NCBI GenBank assembly: GCA_036170655.1
Contig: JAVHPP010000049.1
Location: 1-49,926, forward strand
DNA: 49,926 nt
Origin: Candidatus Zixiibacteriota bacterium
Lineage (GTDB): Bacteria > Zixibacteria > MSB-5A5 > WJJR01
Reading direction: 5' to 3'
In this document: positions 18,424-25,095 of the stretch, one piece after another
Layout: the number at the start of each line of letters is the position of its first letter
Position numbering within the stretch: the first letter of the stretch is position 1
Translations under genes and position numbers: made by a program
Notes under the pieces: generated by a model
The model's input: the letters and a program-made list of their open reading frames with translations, nothing else
Databases searched by the model: none
Told to the model about the DNA's origin: nothing

Positions 18424-19218
18424 CTATGCCACCTCGACAGCCCCGCACGCGGGGTCTTCGGCTTGTTTGACTTCATTCTCGATCCACTCGTATCCCTTCT
18501 TTTCCAGGGCGTGCGCCAGTTCAGGGCCGCCCGAGCGGACGATGCGCCCGCCCATGAACACATGGACAAAGTTGGGCTTCACGAAATTGAGAATGCGCTG
18601 GTAGTGTGTTACCAGCAGAACGCCCACGTTCTCATTCATCACGGCGTTGATCCCTTTCGACACGACTTGCAGTGCATCGATGTCGAGTCCGGAATCTGTT
18701 TCGTCCAGAAGCGCGATCGAGGGCTTCAACACCGCCATCTGCAAGACTTCCAGCCGTTTCTTTTCACCGCCGGAGAATCCGTCGTTGACGTAACGCGTCG
18801 CGAAGGATGGATCGATCTCCAGACGCCCGAACTCGGCCAGCAGGGCCTTGCGGAATCCCTTCATCGCCGACTCGTCCGTGTTCCGTGCCTTCACCGCCGC
18901 GCGCAGGAAGTTCGCCACGGTGACGCCCGGTATGGCCAACGGATACTGAAACGCCAGAAACATCCCCCGCTGTGACCGCTCATGCGGCGCCATGCCGGTG
19001 ACATCGTCGCCATTCACGTAAATGCGTCCGCTGGTAAGCGTGTAGCTCGGGTGCCCCATCAGCGCATTGACCAGTGTGCTTTTCCCCGAACCGTTGGGAC
19101 CCATCAACGCGTGGATTTCGCCGCCGCGAATCGTCAGCGATACGCCCTTGACGATTTCTTTGTCTCCGATCGCCACGTGGACATCTTCGCAGCGGAATGG
19201 AACTCTGTTCTCTGTCAT
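18424..19218 (-). CDS. sufC: Fe-S cluster assembly ATPase SufC
   Basis: GPNGSGKST Walker A, FSGGEKKR, LDETDSGLDID. Confidence 0.96.
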   Translation of the reverse strand: MTENRVPFRCEDVHVAIGDKEIVKGVSLTIRGGEIHALMGPNGSGKSTLVNALMGHPSYTLTSGRIYVNGDDVTGMAPHERSQRGMFLAFQYPLAIPGVTVANFLRAAVKARNTDESAMKGFRKALLAEFGRLEIDPSFATRYVNDGFSGGEKKRLEVLQMAVLKPSIALLDETDSGLDIDALQVVSKGINAVMNENVGVLLVTHYQRILNFVKPNFVHVFMGGRIVRSGGPELAHALEKKGYEWIENEVKQAEDPACGAVEVA

Positions 19219-19287
19219 TGTCTTGCCTGTCTCCTCTTGTAGCACGGATGTCTCGCCCGTGAACCATGGGCAAAATGCCCAAGCGCA

Positions 19288-19809
19288 TCATGACCCGACC
19301 GCGGGTAGCTCTACCGGCCCCGCGATGGACTGTCGTCCCAGCATCTGGTCGATGGTGGATCCCAAATGCTGTCGCAGCGAAAATGTGACCTGTCCTTCGT
19401 TCCCCAGTAAGTCGGCCAGACGGATACGGTGCAACACGCCGCCCACCAGTCCATCCAGCACGCCCCAGAGTGAGCGGACAGAGCAGGCGTTCGAATTCAC
19501 GCAGATCAGCACTTCTCCCGCATGGCGTCCGCAAAAAGCCGTGTCATACATCCGTCCTCCCAGCGCTTCCATGATCTGCCCCAGCGTAATCTCCGACGGG
19601 GCCCCCCTCAGTGCATATCCCCCGAGCCGTCCCCGCACGCTCTGAACCAGTCCCGCCTCGCGCAGGATCATCATCAGTTTCCGGACATTGGCGGCGGACA
19701 TTCCCTCCTGCTCGGCTATCTCATGGATGGTCAATGAGCCGCCATCCACACACCGTCCCAGACGGAGCATGCACCGTAGACCGTATTCATCGAGAGCGCT
19801 GACCTTCAT
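19288..19809 (-). CDS. Rrf2-family transcriptional regulator (IscR/SufR-like, 3 Cys)
   Basis: EYGLR, LVQSVRGRLGGY wing, C-x9-C-x5-C cluster; first gene of the suf operon. Confidence 0.9.
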   Translation of the reverse strand: MKVSALDEYGLRCMLRLGRCVDGGSLTIHEIAEQEGMSAANVRKLMMILREAGLVQSVRGRLGGYALRGAPSEITLGQIMEALGGRMYDTAFCGRHAGEVLICVNSNACSVRSLWGVLDGLVGGVLHRIRLADLLGNEGQVTFSLRQHLGSTIDQMLGRQSIAGPVELPAVGS

Positions 19810-20039
19810 GATCGACTCACACTCCGCACCTTCTCGCGGCACAATAGTATACGAAAAAGTAACCTATTTGCGGGTCTTTATTTGATGGCGCGTGTCAATT
19901 GCTGTAAGCCATTGTAATATAGTCACTTGTGTTTATGGAACTCCCAATTTTCACGTCGCGGGAGCATTTCGTCGATGAATCGATGGGATGCTTCGGTACT
20001 GGGCGGGGCGAGGACTCGAACAACCTGACAGCGGTCGAA

Positions 20040-20120
20040 GGGGCCTGTTGAAGAACCTCCTCTTATGCAGGAGGCCACTGTTCTGTTGTCTCAATTCATC
20101 AGGTTTTTTCGACACACCCC
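20040..20120. mobile_element. Possible ~80-bp MITE or IS-end remnant
   Basis: Imperfect terminal inverted repeats GGGGCCTGTTGAAGAACCT and AGGTTTTTTCGACACACCCC; the same motif recurs at 12529-12548. Confidence 0.45.
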
Positions 20121-20417
20121 GCAGGGCCCGTGTGCAGAGCGAACTCGGCAATACCTTGCTTCGATGGTACTCAGAATCTACTTTTCAGTTCCCCAACCAA
20201 GTGTCTCTGAGCCCCAGACTCTCGCCAGCACAAGATGGTCACCCTGAGAGGTGCTCGGGCCAGCCAACCGGGATCTTCGATAATTCCCAGTGGAATCGGT
20301 GCACTTGCAAAGCAGACATGCGCGGGAGCCGCATGCGAATGGGGGGACACTCCGTTGCCTGGGAAGTTCTGGGTAAAATTCACCTGAAGGAAACAAACAT
20401 GATGATTTAGATCGCGT

Positions 20418-20437
20418 ATTTAACCGTATGGTTAAAT
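20418..20437. promoter_or_regulatory. Putative ArsR autoregulatory operator
   Basis: Perfect 8-4-8 palindrome ATTTAACC-GTAT-GGTTAAAT immediately upstream of the arsR-family gene; partial second copy AAACCGTATG at 20450-20459. Confidence 0.7.
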
Positions 20438-20456
20438 GACTGAATGCAGAAACCGT

Positions 20457-20807
20457 ATGTCAGCTGATTGTCTCAACACCACCTTCCGGGCTCTCGCCGA
20501 TCCGACCCGGCGCGCAATCCTGGCGCACCTCGCCTCGGGAGAGGCCTCGGTAACAGAATTGGCCGAGCCCTTCAAGATCAGCCTTCCGGCCGTTTCCAAG
20601 CACCTGAAAGTGCTCGAACGGGCTGGTCTGATCGCGCGCGGCAGAGACGCTCAATGGCGGCCATCCCGGCTCGAGGCAAGTCCGCTCAAAGAGGTTGGCG
20701 ATTGGGTGGCGCACTACCGCCGTTTCTGGGAAGAACGCCTTGATTGCCTGGATGAGTATTTGAGTCAGCTGAAGGAAAAGGAGAGGAAGCATGGTCGAAA
20801 CAAGTAA
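20457..20807 (+). CDS. ArsR/SmtB-family transcriptional regulator
   Basis: FRALADPTRRAIL, SLPAVSKHLKVLERAGLI. Start at 20436 or 20457. Confidence 0.92.
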   Translation: MSADCLNTTFRALADPTRRAILAHLASGEASVTELAEPFKISLPAVSKHLKVLERAGLIARGRDAQWRPSRLEASPLKEVGDWVAHYRRFWEERLDCLDEYLSQLKEKERKHGRNK

Positions 20808-21309
20808 GGAAGCCAACGTATCGTCGGCCGCGGAACTTGTCATCACGCGCATTCTCGATGCACCGTGCGCACTCGTATTCAAGGCGTGGACCGACCCTGA
20901 GCACCTGATGAACTGGTTTGCGCCGAAAGGCTGCGCGATGCCTTACTGCAAGATCGATCTGCGACCGGGTGGGGTCTTCCACTACTGCATGCGTATGACC
21001 GAAGGCCGCGACATCTGGGGTATCGGCATATTCCGCGAGATCGTCGTACCGGAGCGGATCGTCTACACCGATGCCTTTGCCGATGCCAACGGAAATCAGG
21101 TACCCCCGACCCACTACGGCTTGAGCTCAAGCCACCCGGCAGAAACGCTCGTGACGGTGACGTTCACTGAGTATGAGGGCAAGACAAAGCTCACCCTGCG
21201 GCACTCCATCCCCATCTCGGTTGAGGAGCGCGCAGGAACTGAGGAGGGCTGGACCCAAATGTTGGACCGTCTCGCCGAAATGCTGGCGGTCCGAAAAGGA
21301 GGCAGTTGA
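20791..21309 (+). CDS. SRPBCC/AHSA1 domain protein
   Basis: LVITRILDAP..LVFKAWTDPE, DLRPGG, GWTQMLDRL; classic ArsR-SRPBCC pair. Confidence 0.9.
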   Translation: MVETSKEANVSSAAELVITRILDAPCALVFKAWTDPEHLMNWFAPKGCAMPYCKIDLRPGGVFHYCMRMTEGRDIWGIGIFREIVVPERIVYTDAFADANGNQVPPTHYGLSSSHPAETLVTVTFTEYEGKTKLTLRHSIPISVEERAGTEEGWTQMLDRLAEMLAVRKGGS

Positions 21310-21731
21310 TGAACAGAAACCGGGCAATACAAGTCAGCTATTTCCTGCTTCGCATCGTAGCGGGACTGTTGTTCTATCAAGTTGGCAGTATGAAGCTGCT
21401 CGGCTGGTTTGGCGGAATGCCGGGCAACCCCGGTTCGGCTGCGCCCTTGATGTCCCAGATAGGGATTGGCGGTGCGCTCGAATTCTTTGGCGGTATCGCG
21501 ATCCTGCTCGGTCTTGCAACCCGCCCAGTCGCATTCATCCTGTCCGGCGAGATGGCAGTGGCGTATTGGCAGTTTCACGCCCCGAATGGCGCCTGGCCAA
21601 TTCTTAACCACGGCGAGTCCGCCGTCCTGTTCTGTTTCATCTTCTTGTACATGGCCGCGCAAGGTGGCGGCGACTGGAGTCTGGACGCGGTGATCCGACG
21701 GAAACGCGCAGGTGCCGCAAGCGCGGGGTAA
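21306..21731 (+). CDS. DoxX family membrane protein
   Basis: LRIVAGLLF, EFFGG, TRPVAFILSGEMAVAYW, NHGE, GGGDWSLD. Confidence 0.88.
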   Translation: MMNRNRAIQVSYFLLRIVAGLLFYQVGSMKLLGWFGGMPGNPGSAAPLMSQIGIGGALEFFGGIAILLGLATRPVAFILSGEMAVAYWQFHAPNGAWPILNHGESAVLFCFIFLYMAAQGGGDWSLDAVIRRKRAGAASAG

Positions 21732-21790
21732 ATGCGACGAGCGCCAGCCTCGGTTCCGTTGGCTCGGAGTGAGCAAGAACGAGCGGTGCT

Positions 21791-22156
21791 TTATGGGATG
21801 AGTCGCGGTTTGCGGAATGGGCGACAAGAGAGCGGCGAGGCCGGGATTCGTTCATCCCGAGGTCTCTTCGGGGGATTTATTCCGAGCGAAGTCGAGGGGG
21901 AACCCGCTGCAAGGGCCTCCTTCTTCTGCTTGGTCCAGCCCTTCAGTTGGAACTCCCGTTTACGGGCGCTGCTCTGATCGGGATGAATCTCCGAGTACAG
22001 CAACGCAACCGGACGGCGCTGGGCTGTGTACCTTGCCCCCCTGCCTTGGTTGTGTTTCTTTAGACGCGCGTCAATGTCATCGGTGATGCCTGTATAGATC
22101 GTACCATCTCGGCAGCGTACAAGATAGACGAACCACGATTTGTCTGCTTGGGGCAC
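21791..22156 (-). CDS. GIY-YIG nuclease (UPF0213/YhbQ-like)
   Basis: WFVYLVRC...IYTGITDD...RLKKHN.G.GARYT...A..RE..LK. Start is GTG 22156 or TTG 22162. The C-terminus reads through an inverted repeat. Confidence 0.9.
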   Translation of the reverse strand: MPQADKSWFVYLVRCRDGTIYTGITDDIDARLKKHNQGRGARYTAQRRPVALLYSEIHPDQSSARKREFQLKGWTKQKKEALAAGSPSTSLGINPPKRPRDERIPASPLSCRPFRKPRLIP

Positions 22157-22205
22157 CCTCAACCCTTCGACTCGTTCCGCTTTTGGCGGGACTCACTCAG
22201 GGTAA
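21877..22205. repeat. Inverted repeats bracketing the GIY-YIG core
   Basis: TTATTCCGAGCGAAGTCGAGGGG (21877-21899) vs reverse complement of 22163-22205, TTACCCTGAGTGA[GTCCCGCCAAAAGCGGAACG]AGTCGAAGGG. Confidence 0.6.
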
Positions 22206-22206
22206 G

Positions 22207-22293
22207 CGGAGAGGCCGGGATTTGAACCCGGGGACGAGTTTCCCCGTCAACTGCTTAGCAGGCAGCTGCCTTCAGCCGCTCGGCCACCTCTCC
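22207..22293 (-). tRNA. tRNA-Ser (anticodon GCT)
   Basis: GGAGAGG acceptor stem, D-arm TGGCCGAGCGGCTGAAGGCA, anticodon arm GCTGC-CTGCTAA-GCAGT, long variable arm, GGTTCAAATCC T-loop, discriminator G. CCA not encoded. Confidence 0.95.
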
Positions 22294-22337
22294 GGAATCC
22301 TATCGTCACGTGGGGTCTGTCCCCACCGCAACTCTCC

Positions 22338-22366
22338 AAGATACGAAGAACATGGCCTGTTCTCAA
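22338..22366 (-). promoter_or_regulatory. Sigma70-like promoter for tRNA-Ser
   Basis: TTGAGA-17 nt-TATCTT on the minus strand, ~45 nt upstream of the tRNA. Confidence 0.55.
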
Positions 22367-22433
22367 CCCCAAACCCGGTCCGTCTCTGAACACGGAAGGG
22401 ATATTATCCCGCCTACAGGCCAGGATTTGCTTC

Positions 22434-22462
22434 TTGACATCGATTTTCAGAACCTCTACAAT
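22434..22462 (+). promoter_or_regulatory. Sigma70-like promoter of the Rieske/cytochrome b operon
   Basis: TTGACA-17 nt-TACAAT, near consensus. Confidence 0.7.
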
Positions 22463-22662
22463 TAAAAGTTTCGGGGCCTTCCGCCGGGAGAACGTCGGTT
22501 GGCGCCGAAGGGGTTGCGACCTGAGGATGACCAGCGTTTTCTGGGCAGGATGCATTGTAGGGCCAACACCTGTGGTACAGATTTCGTTAGGGAGTGATTC
22601 GGGACGGGTGTCGGGCCGAAGACCCTGGAAGGGCGAAATTGTAAACACGATTGTCATTTGCG

Positions 22663-23352
22663 ATGGCTGACGAACTGAGTAAAGAATCGAATCCGGAATC
22701 CGGGATACCGCACGAGCTTGGGGCGACGACGCTCGGCCCGGCCGTGGTGAAGGCCGCGCCCAAATCCGTGGGCGCCCTTCCTGCCCGCCCCGGCGAAGTC
22801 CCCTCCCGGCCGCAGAAGAAGGACGACGGCCTTCGCCGCACCGCCCAGCCGGAAGGCGATCAGAACATCTGGCGCTATTCCCGGCGTGGATTCTTGGAAA
22901 AACTGGGCTGGGTGGGGATATTCTCCTTCCTCGGGGTCATGATGGTGGGCACGCTCCGTTACATGTTTCCCCGTGTCCTCTTCGAACCATCACCGATTTT
23001 CAAGGCCGGCTTCCCCGAGGCCTATCTGCCCAATACAGTCTCGACCAAGTGGATCAAAGACTACCGTGTGTGGATCATCCGTACGAACGATCGGATCTAT
23101 GCGCTCCTCGGCATCTGCACCCACTTGGGCTGTACCCCCCGCTGGCTGGAGGCCGAAGACAAGTTTAAGTGTCCCTGCCATGGGTCGGGCTTCTACCGCA
23201 GCGGGGTTAACTTTGAAGGTCCCGCGCCTCGGGCGCTCGAGCGGTTGAAGGTGGCGCGCGCCGAGTCCGGCGAGATCATCGTCGATAAATCTGTAAAGTT
23301 CCTGTATGAGGATGGCGGTTGGGACAAGCCGCAGTCGTATCTCATGGTGTAA
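22663..23352 (+). CDS. Rieske iron-sulfur subunit of a quinol:cytochrome c oxidoreductase
   Basis: Tat-like SRRGFL followed by a TM helix; CTHLGC and CPCHGS boxes. Confidence 0.93.
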   Translation: MADELSKESNPESGIPHELGATTLGPAVVKAAPKSVGALPARPGEVPSRPQKKDDGLRRTAQPEGDQNIWRYSRRGFLEKLGWVGIFSFLGVMMVGTLRYMFPRVLFEPSPIFKAGFPEAYLPNTVSTKWIKDYRVWIIRTNDRIYALLGICTHLGCTPRWLEAEDKFKCPCHGSGFYRSGVNFEGPAPRALERLKVARAESGEIIVDKSVKFLYEDGGWDKPQSYLMV

Positions 23353-23396
23353 TCGTTGGGTGCGTGGTACCGAATTATCTGGGAGTCTGAGACCCC

Positions 23397-24173
23397 ATGT
23401 CGCTTGCGGACCTGAAGAGAACGATCACGAAATCACCGGTCTGGAAGTCGGTGTTCCGGCACGACTACAAGGACACCCCGCGCAACCGCTACCTCCAGAT
23501 CCTGTCCAATGTCTTCCTGCATCTCCATCCGAGCAAGATTTCGCGTCATGCGGTCGAGGTGCGCTACACCTGGGGGATGGGCGGGATCTCGTTTTTCATC
23601 TTTCTGGTTCTGACCGTGACCGGCGTGGTCCTGATGTTCTACTACCGCCCCACCGACCAGTACGCCTACTACGACATGAAGTACCTTGCCAACGACGTGC
23701 CGTTCGGCATGTTCATCCGCAACATGCACCGCTGGGCGGCGCACGCGATGGTGATTACCGTCTGGCTGCACATGCTGCGAGTGTTCATGACCGGTTCGTA
23801 CAAACCGCCGCGTGAATTCAACTGGGGTATCGGTGTGGTCCTTTTGGTCCTGACCCTGCTTCTGAGTTTCACTGGCTATCTGCTCCCGTGGGACCAACTC
23901 GCTATCTGGGCGGTGACTGTCGGCACGAACATGGCGCGGGCGACACCATTGCTGGGGCATGAAGGCCCGTTTGGGCCACAACTGGGGCTGCGCCCCGACA
24001 ACGATGTTCGTTTCATGCTTCTGGGCGGGACGCAAGTCGGCCCCCCCGCATTGTTGCGATTCTATGTCCTCCACTGCGTGTTTCTGCCGGTGGTGGCAGG
24101 TGTTCTCATGATCGTGCACTTCTGGCGGATTCGCAAAGACGGGGGTATTTCCGGTCCGGTCGGGAAGGACTGA
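23397..24173 (+). CDS. Cytochrome b N-terminal (b6-like) subunit
   Basis: [20 protein letters not shown]...[29 protein letters not shown]...HFWRIRK. Confidence 0.93.
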   Translation: MSLADLKRTITKSPVWKSVFRHDYKDTPRNRYLQILSNVFLHLHPSKISRHAVEVRYTWGMGGISFFIFLVLTVTGVVLMFYYRPTDQYAYYDMKYLANDVPFGMFIRNMHRWAAHAMVITVWLHMLRVFMTGSYKPPREFNWGIGVVLLVLTLLLSFTGYLLPWDQLAIWAVTVGTNMARATPLLGHEGPFGPQLGLRPDNDVRFMLLGGTQVGPPALLRFYVLHCVFLPVVAGVLMIVHFWRIRKDGGISGPVGKD

Positions 24174-24209
24174 CCAGACTTCACACGTTTGACACTGACC
24201 TGGTTCCCC

Positions 24210-25079
24210 ATGCAGCAACTCTGGAAAATCGTCAGCAAGGGGGATAACATCCCCATCGTCATCATGCTCGTCTTGGTGGCATTCTACATCACGTGGGGAT
24301 TCCGCGAGGCGCGGCGCAACGACAAGATCATCAAGAAGGAAGGATCCCTGCCGGCACCGGACAAGGTCCATGTCTGGCCCTATCTGGTCCGGATCGAGTT
24401 CCTCTCGGCCATTCTTGTCATGGCGGTATTTACCATCTGGTCGATTTTCATCAACGCCCCGCTGGAGGAACCGGCGAATCCCAACCGGACGCCGAATCCC
24501 TCGAAGGCGCCCTGGTATTTCCTCGGCTTACAGGAAATGCTGGTCTACTTCGATCCGTGGATTGCCGGTGTCGTCCTGCCGAGTCTGATCATCATCGGAC
24601 TGATGATTATTCCCTACATCGACATCAACCCGAAGGGGAGTGGTTACTATTCATTCAAGGAACGCAAATTCGCCATTCTGACGTTTCTGTTTGGTTTCGT
24701 CGTTCTCTGGGTGTTGCTGATCTTTGTGGGGACATTTCTGCGCGGTCCCGGATGGTATTTCTTCTGGCCGTGGATGGCATGGGATCCGCACAAGGTCGTC
24801 GCCCTCACGAATGTCAATCTGCATGAGTTGTTTGGTATTCATTCGAAGTTGGTGGCATTCATCTTTGGCATGAGTATCGTCGGCGGGTATTTTGCCCTTG
24901 CCCCGGCCTACTATCTCTGGAAGAGGAAGACATCCCTGGCCTTGCAGAAGCTGGGGCTGGTCCGCTACGCCATCGTGTCGTTTCTGTTTCTGACCATGAT
25001 GGGGCTGCCGATCAAGATGATTCTACGATGGACCCTGAACATTAAGTACATCTGGGTGACTCCCTGGTTCAACGTCTGA
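24210..25079 (+). CDS. Cytochrome b C-terminal (subunit IV-like) protein with extra TM helices
   Basis: APLEEPANP..TPNPSKAPWYFLGLQE; PYID.NP; multiple TM segments. Confidence 0.85.
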   Translation: MQQLWKIVSKGDNIPIVIMLVLVAFYITWGFREARRNDKIIKKEGSLPAPDKVHVWPYLVRIEFLSAILVMAVFTIWSIFINAPLEEPANPNRTPNPSKAPWYFLGLQEMLVYFDPWIAGVVLPSLIIIGLMIIPYIDINPKGSGYYSFKERKFAILTFLFGFVVLWVLLIFVGTFLRGPGWYFFWPWMAWDPHKVVALTNVNLHELFGIHSKLVAFIFGMSIVGGYFALAPAYYLWKRKTSLALQKLGLVRYAIVSFLFLTMMGLPIKMILRWTLNIKYIWVTPWFNV

Positions 25080-25095
25080 GTTCTCCCGCAACGCT

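Noticed and set aside
19998-20026. tRNA 3'-end remnant (att site), minus strand GTTCGAGTCCTCGCCCCGCCCA
   Set aside because: The T-stem does not pair and the sequence does not match the 3' end of the tRNA-Ser at 22207.
19988-20410. Small ORFs between rrf2 and arsR
   Set aside because: No recognisable motifs, RBS or coding-like composition in any frame.
22484-22530. Canonical glycine riboswitch
   Set aside because: Only GGAGA...CCGAAGG matches. The GCAA and CTCTCAGG elements are absent and the downstream genes are not glycine-related. Retained only as an unclassified leader.
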